Assembly: GCA_045531135.1 (NCBI GenBank)
Contig: JAZSDL010000024.1
Location: forward strand, 730-64,729
DNA length: 64,000 nucleotides
Direction of reading: 5' to 3'
From: Eubacteriales bacterium
GTDB lineage: Bacteria > Bacillota > Clostridia > Oscillospirales > CAG-382
The position numbers and the translations under genes are program-made. Below are positions 1-9,266 of the stretch, piece after piece. The notes under the pieces were generated by a model. It had not been told where the DNA came from and did no database searches. It saw nothing but the letters and a program-made list of their open reading frames with translations. Position 1 is the stretch's first letter; each line of letters starts with the position of its first letter.

Positions 1-3000
1 GTTATTAATAAGGACTTTGACGATGAGGGCAATCCCAGACCGGATGATATCCCCAAGGTCGAGATGCCGCAGATCCGTTCTGCCGCTGATCTCGATGGCT
101 GGGAGGATCAGGTTATCCCTTGCTCCAGCGGCTACATCGTAAAGGATGGCGTTAATATTAATTCGGTAGATCACACCGATGCCGCTCCCCGTTCTGTTGT
201 AGGTATCAAGCCCGACGGTACCGTTGTTATTATGCTCAACGACGGTCGTCAGTCTCCTTATTCTGCAGGTATGTCTATGTACGAGCTTGCGGAGGTAATG
301 CTTGACCTCGGTTGCTCTTACGCCGTTAACTGTGACGGCGGCGGATCGTCTACCTATCTGTCTCAGCGTCCCGGTGAGGAACTCAAGATAAACAATATTC
401 CTTCTGACGGTGTTGAGCGCGATACCACTACAGGTATTCTCTTTATTTCCACAGCTCCCGCTACCGGTGAGTTTGATCGTGCTACAATCAGCACTTCTTC
501 TGAGTTCTATACTCCCGGCTCCGAAGTTGCGTTCGCGGCATCCGGCAGCGACCTTGTCGGTACTCCGGCGGACATCCCCGCTGATGCAACATGGGTGCTT
601 TCTGATTCTTCTTTCGGTACAATTTCCAATGATGGCGTGTTTGCATCTAACGGAAAGGTTGGCAGCGTATCTGCCCAACTCATTTATAACGGTGAGGTTA
701 AGGGCGAAAAGGAAATCACTATTGCATGGCCTACGGAATTTTCATTTGCGTCTCAGGCAATGACTGTTCCTTACGGCAAAAAAGTTTCGATTGAGTTTGT
801 TGCTACTTATAACGGTTCCGAGAATTATGTTGAACTTAAGCCGGAGGACATTGAGTTCGCATTGTCCGATTCATCCTTGGGAACGATCAACGGATTTGCT
901 TTTACCGCGAATTCCGAAGAAGATGCCGGTACAGCAACCGGCACTTTGACAGCAACGATTAATGGTTTGTCATCTGTTACGGCAATTAATCTCGGAAAAG
1001 GTTCGGAAGTGATTTTCGACTTTGAGAATAATGCTGTTGAAGATTGGTTCCTTTACGACTATAACGTTACCCATAGCGGAGATAAGACTAATCCGAGTTG
1101 GGATATGAAGAACGAATTTATCGAGGTGGTAAATTCCGAAACAGGAAAAGTCCACAGCGGAAATAACGCGTTTGCTGTTACTGTTGATTACTCCGATGCC
1201 TATAGTAACGGTTGGATACAGTACAGATTAGGATACTCTGGTGAATATTTCGAAATTAAAAATGCGAAAAAAATCGGTTTTTGGATTTGGATGCCCGAGG
1301 AGGCCTATGCAAACGAGTATGACTATGTTATAGCATGTGTCGACTCGAATGGAAACGGCGCAAAACTTACCGGTGTTCTTACTGATATAGGTTATTGTTT
1401 CCAAAATCAAGATGAAGCCGGTTGGAGATATTTTTCGATAGATATTTCTAAATATCCTATCGCTTATTTTGGATCCAGATCAGATATTACTTCTACTTTT
1501 TATCTTCAGTTTTATAATTATCAACCGCAGTGGAAACATGATGATGAAGTGGTAAACACCCAAGGTAAATTCACTTATTTTATCGACGACATCACTATCG
1601 AATATTCCGATGCGGCGGATGATACGGATGCACCTGTTTTTGGCACAATGAATATTGTCGACAATAACGGTGTCATAAGTGAAATGAAAGGGCAAACTGT
1701 CGGATATAACACCTTCGGCGCAGAGGTTACCGTACAAGATTTTGTAAAAGCTAACTCGACCGGAATTGATCCTGCATCCGCAAAGGCATATATCGACGGC
1801 AAAGAGATCAACTGCACATACTCCAACGGCAGACTTTCTGTTTCCGGCATTACCGTAGCTGACGGACTTCATACCGTTAAGTTTGTTATTTGCGATAAAA
1901 TGGGCAATCTGAACTCCATTGTCAAACAGGTAACTGTTAATGCGGGTTCTGATATTCCCACAATCAACCTTGTTCCCCACGATGCCGACTTGACTGAGCT
2001 TCCCAGCGGTTCGGTATATTATATCGATTTGGTAGCTTCCAACGTCGAGTCTGTGCAGAAATTCGTTGTTGATCTTGATATGGTCAACACATTTACTTGG
2101 CATCTTGAGCACTCAGTTGTTGCAGACGGCTTTGAAATGTCATACAGTCTCGAGAAATACGAGAACGTTGCAACTATCACAATTACAAAGAACGGTAATG
2201 TGACTGCAACCGGTTCTCAAATTATCGCTTCAATTCCTGTTCGTGTATGGGAAGCAAGCATAGACCGCGGACTTCTTACCAGCTCGGTATTGAAGGAAGT
2301 TTATCTTACAGTTAAATGCACAAGAGGTATCCTTGAGTGTATTGACGGAACAGTAAGCACGTTCACTTGCGATCCGATGAAGGTTGCAACAGAGCTTTGG
2401 ATGAATCAATGGAACGCACCGACAGGTTTTGCCGGCGTTACTCTTCATAAGCATACCGAAGTTGCGCTTGAAGATAAGAGTGCCAACTGTACTGAAAACG
2501 GTTATGTGGGCAGAACCTATTGCGAAGAGTGTGATTCTGTTGTCGAATGGGGTGAAACTATCCCCGCAACAGGTCATGACTACGTGCTTGTTGACGGCGT
2601 TTACGTTTGTGAAAACTGCGGCGACGAAAACGGTGCGGCAAACGGTCTTGTTGAAAACGACGGCGTTTACGGCTACTATATCGACGGCGTTGCTCAGAGC
2701 GGCTGGGTAATGGTTGATTCCTCGTGGCACTATTTCCACGCAGATACGTTGGCTGCAAAGGCAGGCAAGTACGCTGTTGACGGTATCGAATATGAGTTCG
2801 AGGAAACCGGTAAACTCGTTTCGGGCGTATGGGCTAAAACGCTTTACGGCACACGTTATTTCTATGGCCCCGGATGTTACGGCACCGGCTGGGCAACTAT
2901 AGACGGCAACAGATATTATTTCCATAATACCTATCGCTACGAGGGCTACCGCATGATCTTCAAGGCGAAGATCCGCAGATGGTATAACTTCGGCGATGAC

Positions 3001-4689
3001 GGTATCTGCAGAGAAGACGAGGTTATCAACGGCTTCTGCTGGGATGCCGACAACGGTCTTGGCTATGTAGTTGACAATATTGGTGTTGACGGCTTGCAAA
3101 AGATCGATGGTGACTACTATTTCTTCAATTACTACGGATATGCAGTATCCGGCTTTGCAAACGTTGGTTTGACAAACTGTGATCTGCCTACCGGTAACTA
3201 TTATTTCGGCGAGGACTATAAGGCATATACCGGACTCGTCGAGAAAAACGGCGTGACCTACTATTACGAAAATGGTCGTGCAAAGCTTGCGGGACTTGTA
3301 GAGATCGATGGCGATATCTATTTCGCAGGCGGCTCAAACGGCGAGATCACCGTTGACAAAAAGGTTTACGTATGGCAGGGTAACGGAATTCTTCCCGAGG
3401 CATACTACGAATTCGGTTCCGACGGTAAGATCCTCAACGGTATCGTTGATAAGGACGGCACGCTTTACTACTATAAGAACGGCAAGCCGACCGCTGCAGG
3501 TCTCGTTGAGATCGACGGCGCGATCTACTTCGCAGGCGGCTCAAACGGCGAGATCACCGTTGACAAAAAGGTTTACGTATGGCAGGGTAACGGAATTCTT
3601 CCCGAGGGTAACTACGAGTTCGGTTCCGACGGTAATCTCTGCAAGGGCATTGTAGAAAAGGACGGCGTTCTCTATTATTACGAGAACGGTCAGCCCAAAA
3701 TGGCAGGTCTTGTAGAGATCGACGGCGACTATTATTTCGCAGGCGGCTCAAAAGGCGAGATCACCGTTAATAAGATGACATACGTCTGGAAAGCCAACGG
3801 TATTGCACTTGATAATGCAAACTGCGAGTTCGGTGCAGACGGTAAGATGCTTAACGGCATCGTCGAAAAGGACGGCACGCTCTATTATTACTCTATGGGA
3901 CGTCCGAGAATGGCAGGTCTTATAGAGATCGACGGCGACTATTATTTCGCAGGCGGCTCAAACGGCGAGATCACCGTTAATAAGATGACATACGTCTGGA
4001 AGGCGAACGGTATTGCACTTGATAATGCAAACTGTGAGTTCGGCGCAGACGGTAAGATGCTTAACGGTATCGTCGAAAAGAACGGCACTCTCTACTATTA
4101 CGTAATGGGTCGTCCGAGAATGGCCGGACTTGTCGAGTATGACGGTGCACTCTATTTCGCAGGCGGCTCAAACGGCGAGATCACCGTTAATAAGAAGACA
4201 TACGTTTGGAAGTCCAACGGAATTCTTCCCGAGGGTAACTACGAGTTCGGCGCAGACGGTAAGATGCTTAACGGTATCGTCGAAAAGAACGGTACTCTCT
4301 ACTATTACGAGAACGGCAAAGCTCAGCTTGCAGGTCTTGTAGAGTATGACGGCGCATACTACTTTGTAAGCGGTGTTAACGGCGAGATCACCGTTAATAA
4401 GAAGACATACGTCTGGGACGGCAACGGAATTCTTCCCGAGGATAATTACGAGTTCGGCGCAGACGGTAAGATGCTTAACGGCTTTGTTACAAAGGACGAC
4501 GGCATTTACTATTACTCGAACGGTAAACCCGGCAGAGTGGGTCTTAACTATATCGACGGTTACTACTACTTTGTAAACTACGGCGGCAAGCTTTTCACAA
4601 GCGGAACCTATTTCGTTTGGGAAACTAACGGATATTCGATCGGAATGAGATACACCTTTGATGATCTCGGAAGATTGATTCTCAAATAA
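1..4689 (+). CDS. Large surface protein, 5' end cut by window edge: phosphodiester glycosidase (NAGPA/DUF2233-type) domain + Ig-like beta-sandwich modules + Cys-rich segment + C-terminal cell-wall-binding repeats
   Basis: Frame 1 is open from nt 1 (no stop upstream of the listed ATG at 64); stop TAA 4687-4689. SVVGIKPDGT..NDGRQ..AVNCDGGGSSTY resembles the phosphodiester glycosidase fold. The C-terminal third consists of aromatic GxxYYF/YYY units typical of choline/glucan-type cell-wall-binding repeats. Confidence 0.85.
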   Translation, partial: VINKDFDDEGNPRPDDIPKVEMPQIRSAADLDGWEDQVIPCSSGYIVKDGVNINSVDHTDAAPRSVVGIKPDGTVVIMLNDGRQSPYSAGMSMYELAEVMLDLGCSYAVNCDGGGSSTYLSQRPGEELKINNIPSDGVERDTTTGILFISTAPATGEFDRATISTSSEFYTPGSEVAFAASGSDLVGTPADIPADATWVLSDSSFGTISNDGVFASNGKVGSVSAQLIYNGEVKGEKEITIAWPTEFSFASQAMTVPYGKKVSIEFVATYNGSENYVELKPEDIEFALSDSSLGTINGFAFTANSEEDAGTATGTLTATINGLSSVTAINLGKGSEVIFDFENNAVEDWFLYDYNVTHSGDKTNPSWDMKNEFIEVVNSETGKVHSGNNAFAVTVDYSDAYSNGWIQYRLGYSGEYFEIKNAKKIGFWIWMPEEAYANEYDYVIACVDSNGNGAKLTGVLTDIGYCFQNQDEAGWRYFSIDISKYPIAYFGSRSDITSTFYLQFYNYQPQWKHDDEVVNTQGKFTYFIDDITIEYSDAADDTDAPVFGTMNIVDNNGVISEMKGQTVGYNTFGAEVTVQDFVKANSTGIDPASAKAYIDGKEINCTYSNGRLSVSGITVADGLHTVKFVICDKMGNLNSIVKQVTVNAGSDIPTINLVPHDADLTELPSGSVYYIDLVASNVESVQKFVVDLDMVNTFTWHLEHSVVADGFEMSYSLEKYENVATITITKNGNVTATGSQIIASIPVRVWEASIDRGLLTSSVLKEVYLTVKCTRGILECIDGTVSTFTCDPMKVATELWMNQWNAPTGFAGVTLHKHTEVALEDKSANCTENGYVGRTYCEECDSVVEWGETIPATGHDYVLVDGVYVCENCGDENGAANGLVENDGVYGYYIDGVAQSGWVMVDSSWHYFHADTLAAKAGKYAVDGIEYEFEETGKLVSGVWAKTLYGTRYFYGPGCYGTGWATIDGNRYYFHNTYRYEGYRMIFKAKIRRWYNFGDDGICREDEVINGFCWDADNGLGYVVDNIGVDGLQKIDGDYYFFNYYGYAVSGFANVGLTNCDLPTGNYYFGEDYKAYTGLVEKNGVTYYYENGRAKLAGLVEIDGDIYFAGGSNGEITVDKKVYVWQGNGILPEAYYEFGSDGKILNGIVDKDGTLYYYKNGKPTAAGLVEIDGAIYFAGGSNGEITVDKKVYVWQGNGILPEGNYEFGSDGNLCKGIVEKDGVLYYYENGQPKMAGLVEIDGDYYFAGGSKGEITVNKMTYVWKANGIALDNANCEFGADGKMLNGIVEKDGTLYYYSMGRPRMAGLIEIDGDYYFAGGSNGEITVNKMTYVWKANGIALDNANCEFGADGKMLNGIVEKNGTLYYYVMGRPRMAGLVEYDGALYFAGGSNGEITVNKKTYVWKSNGILPEGNYEFGADGKMLNGIVEKNGTLYYYENGKAQLAGLVEYDGAYYFVSGVNGEITVNKKTYVWDGNGILPEDNYEFGADGKMLNGFVTKDDGIYYYSNGKPGRVGLNYIDGYYYFVNYGGKLFTSGTYFVWETNGYSIGMRYTFDDLGRLILK
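3292..4539 (+). repeat. Six in-frame head-to-tail tandem units of 207/210 bp (69-70 aa, GLVEIDGxxYFAGGSNGEITV.K..YVW..NG......EFG.DGK.LNGIV.K.GTLYYY..G....A)
   Basis: Unit starts read at 3292, 3499, 3706, 3916, 4126 and 4333, with a degenerate 7th from 4540. Units 1-2 share an identical block of about 80 nt. Units 3-4 differ at roughly a dozen positions. Confidence 0.9.
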
Positions 4690-4700
4690 TTATACCGTGT

Positions 4701-4731
4701 ATGCCCCCAACTGCATTGCGGTTGGGGGCAT
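4701..4731 (+). terminator. Stem-loop after the surface-protein gene
   Basis: atgcccccaac / gttgggggcat form a perfect 11-bp GC-rich stem with loop tgcattgcg, 12 nt after the stop. The downstream T-run is weak. Confidence 0.55.
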
Positions 4732-4751
4732 ATCTGATTTACGAAAAGATT

Positions 4752-6611
4752 ATGAGTAAAAGAAGACATAAAAAAAGACATATACGGAAAAGAACCAAAA
4801 TAACCATTTTGGTTGCTGTTGCTATACTAATACTTTTATCTGTCGGCATTATGCTCGATGCGGGCTTCTTCCAAACATTTGAGGAACAACAACCCGATGC
4901 GAACCCTTATATCGAACTGTATTCGCTTGAGGGCGAGCAATATCTTGTAGGCGATGCCATTGTCGAATGGATCGATGGAGTATCAAGCGGTGAAGATATA
5001 TACAAAAAATATTCTTCAAGCGGACGAGTGTATTCCGCACAGCCCGTTACCGTTCGCTACACGATCAATGATATCCCGCTCAATGTTCAGGTAGACAGCC
5101 AGCAGGTCGAATTGTCCGAAAGCAGTTCGTTCGAGAATTCAAAAAAATTCGATTTGCCCGGCAATAAGAGAAGTATTGCATTTGAGTATTTGTATACCAA
5201 CACAACATATTTCTACCGTGTGACCGCATTTCTATCCGACGGGAACGAGCTTACTGCGGAAGGACGGTTTGATACCGCCGATTCGCCTCGCGTTATCAGC
5301 GCGGAGGGTGTTTGGAATATGCGTGACATCGGCGGTGTAAAAACGGTTGACGGAAAGACACTTAAGCAGGGCTTGGTTTATCGCGGTGTCGAACTTGACG
5401 GTGCGATATACAACAAATACCATATCACCGGAGCAGGAATAAATGTTTTGACCGAGGAGTTGGGTATAAAGTCCGAGATGGATCTCAGAGAATACAATGA
5501 CAAGATTCGGGACATGCTCGGTGACGGGGTAAACCACACCGTTTACGGCGTGTATGCGTATGTTGACAGTCTCGAGCCGTATTATTCCGAAAGCTACAGA
5601 AGGTTATTCTCCGATTTGGCTCAGGAGGGAAATTATCCCGTATATATTCACTGTACGTACGGAAAGGATCGAACCGGAACGGTCTGCTTCCTGCTTCAGC
5701 TTCTGGCCGGCGTTTCTTTGGAGGACGCATACAAAGAATGGGAACTGTCTGTTTTGCTTGACGGCAAAATAGACTATAATCTCATGGAGGATTACATCGA
5801 GGCACTTGAAAAGATCGAGGGCGATACGATGCAGGAAAAGGTGGAAAACCATCTGCTGTCGTTTGGCGTTACAAAATCCGAAATAGAGAGCATCAGAGAA
5901 ATATTGGTCGAGGATTATGTTTCGGATTACGATGAATCAAAAGACGAGCTGAATATTTTAAAAGGCAAGAAGATAGTATATGACGGCGACAGTATAGCGC
6001 TGGGCTTGTATGCAGACGGCGGATACCCCAAGATGATAGCCGAACGCACCTACGGCAAAATGGAAAATTTTGCTGTCGGAGGAGGTCGGTTGGTATCCTC
6101 TGCGCAGGGCGAGGAATGGCATTCGGTCGTTGATAATCTGAAAAATTTGCCGTTGGACGGAGATCTGTATTGCTTCCAGGCAGGCATTAATGATTATTGG
6201 ACGTATGTCGAGCTGGGCAGTTATGATCTCAATGATTTTAACGGAGCGTTAGATACAACGACTGTGTGCGGTGCCCTTGAAACTATTTTTCGCTATATGA
6301 AAGAGATCGACAAACCGGCAGTTTTTGTAATCAGCCACAAAATTCAACATACAGCCGAGATACAAAACGACTCGGGCGATACATTTGCCGATTATCATGA
6401 TGCAATGGTTGCAATCTGTGAGAAATATAACGTTCCTTATTATGATGCGTTTCTTGACAGCGGTCTTGACGGCTCAAACACCAAGATCAACACGCTGTAT
6501 CTTACAGGTAATTCCGAGGGCAAATCAGACGGAACTCATCCTAATGCAAAGGCATACGGATATTATTACGTTCCTCAGCTGATCAAAATTTTCGCAAAAG
6601 CATTCGATTGA
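4752..6611 (+). CDS. Membrane-anchored fusion protein: N-terminal TM helix, beta-rich module, Cys-based (tyrosine-type) phosphatase domain, C-terminal SGNH/GDSL hydrolase domain
   Basis: The listed ORF start 4701 lies inside the upstream terminator hairpin, so I use ATG 4752 (MSKRRHKKRH..). TM segment ITILVAVAILILLSVGIML. CX5R P-loop IHCTYGKDRTG. SGNH block I VYDGDSIALG and block V DGTHPN. Confidence 0.8.
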   Translation: MSKRRHKKRHIRKRTKITILVAVAILILLSVGIMLDAGFFQTFEEQQPDANPYIELYSLEGEQYLVGDAIVEWIDGVSSGEDIYKKYSSSGRVYSAQPVTVRYTINDIPLNVQVDSQQVELSESSSFENSKKFDLPGNKRSIAFEYLYTNTTYFYRVTAFLSDGNELTAEGRFDTADSPRVISAEGVWNMRDIGGVKTVDGKTLKQGLVYRGVELDGAIYNKYHITGAGINVLTEELGIKSEMDLREYNDKIRDMLGDGVNHTVYGVYAYVDSLEPYYSESYRRLFSDLAQEGNYPVYIHCTYGKDRTGTVCFLLQLLAGVSLEDAYKEWELSVLLDGKIDYNLMEDYIEALEKIEGDTMQEKVENHLLSFGVTKSEIESIREILVEDYVSDYDESKDELNILKGKKIVYDGDSIALGLYADGGYPKMIAERTYGKMENFAVGGGRLVSSAQGEEWHSVVDNLKNLPLDGDLYCFQAGINDYWTYVELGSYDLNDFNGALDTTTVCGALETIFRYMKEIDKPAVFVISHKIQHTAEIQNDSGDTFADYHDAMVAICEKYNVPYYDAFLDSGLDGSNTKINTLYLTGNSEGKSDGTHPNAKAYGYYYVPQLIKIFAKAFD

Positions 6612-6641
6612 TTTAAAAGGATCAGGAGGTGAACCGATACC

Positions 6642-7943
6642 GTGAAGGAAAAGCAGGTTTTCAAAAACGCAAAATGGATCATAGTGTGCAAGGTGATGCA
6701 GTCTTTGCTCCAATTTGTTGTCGGTATGCTGTGTGCACGGTATCTCGGTCCTTCCAATTACGGACTTATAAATTACGCTGCATCAATTGTGGCGTTTGCC
6801 ATGCCTTTGATGAAGCTCGGGCTCGATGCGGTCCTTGTGTACGAATTAGTAAATTCTCCCGAAAAAGAAGGGGAGATAATGGGAACGTCGCTTGCGCTGA
6901 ACACTTTGTCGGGCATCGCCTGCGTGATCGGTGTAACGGCTGTTGCGGCGATTATGAATTTCGGCGAAACCGAAACGATAATTGTTTGTGTGCTTTACAG
7001 TTTGTCGATCGTGTTTGCTGCGCTGGAAATGATACAGTATTGGTTCCAGTATAAATTGCAGTCAAAGTATTCGTCTGTGACGATGCTGATCTCTTACGTT
7101 ATCGTATCTGCGTATAAGGTGTATTTATTGGCAACGCACAAGAGCGTGTATTGGTTTGCCGTTTCTCATGCCGTGGAATTCGGTATCATCGGTATTGTCC
7201 TCATTGCCGTATACCTTAAAAAATCGGGATGCCCGTTTAGGTTTTCCGTCGAAAGAGCCAAAAGCATGCTGGCGCGCAGTAAGCATTATATTTTTGCGGC
7301 GCTGATGATAGTTGTTATTCAGAATACCGACCATATAATGCTTACGATTATGCAGGGCAAAAGCGAAAACGGCTTTTATTCCGCCGCCATTACCTGCGTA
7401 TCTGTTTTTCAGTTTGTTTATATTGCCATTGTCGATTCCTTCAGACCGATGATTCTGTCAAAAAAGAAAGAGGACAGTGGGGAATATCACAACAATATCT
7501 CAAGATTATACGGAATAACCCTTTATACCGCCGTTGCTCAATGTGTAGCGTTTTTTATATTGGCAGAGCTGATCATATATGTGCTGTACGGCAACGATTA
7601 TCTCAATGCGGTCCCCGTGTTGAGAGCACTTGTTTTTTATTTTGTTTTTTCTGTTATGGGCTTAGTGCGTAATGTATGGATCCTTGCGGAAGAAAAACAA
7701 AAGCATTTATGGGTTATCAATTTATCGGGAGCGTTGTTCAATATCGCGCTTAATGCTGTTCTTATCCCGTTTTACGGTGCTGTGGGAGCGGCGGTTGCCT
7801 CACTGTTAACGCAATTTTTCGCCAATTTTGTATTGGGATTTATTATAAAACCCCTGCGCATAAACAATCATTTGATGCTTAAAGGTCTGAATCCCAAATA
7901 CATCTTTAACGAGATCAAGCTGCTTAAATCCCACATTAAGTAA
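6642..7943 (+). CDS. Polysaccharide/oligosaccharide flippase (Wzx-like, MOP superfamily)
   Basis: 433 aa, polytopic throughout. N-terminus KNAKWIIVCKVMQSLLQFVVGMLCARYLGPSNYGLINYA is typical of Polysacc_synt flippases. GTG start 12 nt after AGGAGG. Confidence 0.8.
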   Translation: MKEKQVFKNAKWIIVCKVMQSLLQFVVGMLCARYLGPSNYGLINYAASIVAFAMPLMKLGLDAVLVYELVNSPEKEGEIMGTSLALNTLSGIACVIGVTAVAAIMNFGETETIIVCVLYSLSIVFAALEMIQYWFQYKLQSKYSSVTMLISYVIVSAYKVYLLATHKSVYWFAVSHAVEFGIIGIVLIAVYLKKSGCPFRFSVERAKSMLARSKHYIFAALMIVVIQNTDHIMLTIMQGKSENGFYSAAITCVSVFQFVYIAIVDSFRPMILSKKKEDSGEYHNNISRLYGITLYTAVAQCVAFFILAELIIYVLYGNDYLNAVPVLRALVFYFVFSVMGLVRNVWILAEEKQKHLWVINLSGALFNIALNAVLIPFYGAVGAAVASLLTQFFANFVLGFIIKPLRINNHLMLKGLNPKYIFNEIKLLKSHIK

Positions 7944-7957
7944 AAGGCGGTGACGGA

Positions 7958-8830
7958 ATGGTATATTTAAAAAAATTCGTTCTTCCGAGTGATCACGCGG
8001 AAAACGGATTTATAAAAGGCGAGTCAAGAACCTGCTTCAATACCTTTTATCCGTTCAAAGTGTTTCCGCTCAAGGGTCTGCACGAAATCGAGTTCGATAC
8101 GATCACCGTATTTTGCGGCGGCAACGGCTCGGGTAAGAGCACGCTTATCAACGTTATTGCGCGCAAATTGAACGCGATTCGTTTTTCGGAGTTTAACGAT
8201 TCTGCTTTTTTTGATAGATTTGTGGATATGTGCTGTCAGGAATCCCGTTCCGCATCAAGAAGCTATGTGCTCACGAGTGATGATGTTTTTGATTATGCAC
8301 TCAACGCCAGATCGATCAACGGCAATCTTGACGATCGACGTAATCAACTGTTCGATGAGTATGTTTCGGTTCGCAGAGAAATATATACCAACCCCGAGAT
8401 AGGTCGTCTGAAAGGTCTCGATGACTATGAGCGTTGGAGCGAAACACGCGACATCCTTTCAAAAAACGTTACACAATCGCAGTTTATCAAAAAGCGTGTC
8501 GCAAGCGAGATCGATCTTTGCTCCAACGGCGAAACCGCTATGCGTTATTTCGTTGACCGTATCGATGAGGATGCATTATACTTGCTCGATGAGCCCGAGA
8601 ACAGCTTGTCTGTCGAACGTCAGATAGAACTTGCCGAGTATATCTCTGCCACCGCGCGTGCAACGCGCAGTCAGTTCGTTATCGCAACTCACTCGCCGAT
8701 ATTGCTGTCGATGCCGTATGCTAAGATATATAACCTTGATGCGATTCCCGTTTCGGTGTGTAAATGGACCGAGCTTCCAAACGTTCGTAGGTATTTTGAT
8801 TTCTTTATGGAACATAAAAACGAGTTTTAA
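7958..8830 (+). CDS. Stand-alone AAA/ABC-type P-loop ATPase of unknown function
   Basis: Walker A FCGGNGSGKSTL, Walker B LYLLDEPENSLS, H-loop-like ATHSP. No transmembrane or nuclease partner gene adjacent. Confidence 0.75.
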   Translation: MVYLKKFVLPSDHAENGFIKGESRTCFNTFYPFKVFPLKGLHEIEFDTITVFCGGNGSGKSTLINVIARKLNAIRFSEFNDSAFFDRFVDMCCQESRSASRSYVLTSDDVFDYALNARSINGNLDDRRNQLFDEYVSVRREIYTNPEIGRLKGLDDYERWSETRDILSKNVTQSQFIKKRVASEIDLCSNGETAMRYFVDRIDEDALYLLDEPENSLSVERQIELAEYISATARATRSQFVIATHSPILLSMPYAKIYNLDAIPVSVCKWTELPNVRRYFDFFMEHKNEF

Positions 8831-8838
8831 TATGTGTA

Positions 8839-8883
8839 TTACGTTGCATTTGTAACGTAAAATGTCAAAAAAACGGTTATAAT
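8839..8883 (+). promoter_or_regulatory. Imperfect palindrome over the putative trxA promoter
   Basis: TTACGTT (8839-8845) N8 AACGTAA (8854-8860). The right arm occupies the -35 position, 17 nt upstream of TATAAT (8878-8883). Confidence 0.35.
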
Positions 8884-8915
8884 ATAAATAACAACACAGA
8901 AAGGAAGTTGACGAT

Positions 8916-9224
8916 ATGTCGGTAATTAAGGTAAATAAAAGCAATTTTGATGAATTAAAGAGTAGTGCAAAGCCGGTTCTTATCGATTTTTATGCCGATT
9001 GGTGCGGTCCCTGCCGTATGGTATCTCCGATAGTGGACGAGATAGCCGCTGAGAGCGATGACTATGTTGTCGCAAAGGTAAATGTTGATGATGAACCCGA
9101 GCTTGCAAATATGTTCGGCGTTTCCAGCATACCGATGCTTGTGGTTATGAAAAACGGAAAGGTCGTTAATCAAGCGGTCGGTGCAAGACCAAAAGATCAG
9201 ATTCTCGCTATGCTTAAGGCATAA
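8916..9224 (+). CDS. trxA: Thioredoxin
   Basis: 102 aa with the WCGPC active site and typical thioredoxin length and sequence. Confidence 0.95.
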   Translation: MSVIKVNKSNFDELKSSAKPVLIDFYADWCGPCRMVSPIVDEIAAESDDYVVAKVNVDDEPELANMFGVSSIPMLVVMKNGKVVNQAVGARPKDQILAMLKA

Positions 9225-9266
9225 ATAACGGATAAATATACAAAAGCACGTAAGGAGGAAAGAATA

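Noticed and set aside
3308-4576. Repeated 67-115 aa ORFs in alternative frames of the cell-wall-binding repeat region (AAQTARSPL... motifs)
   Set aside because: They repeat only because the underlying 207-bp DNA unit repeats. They are out of frame with the real gene and lack start signals.
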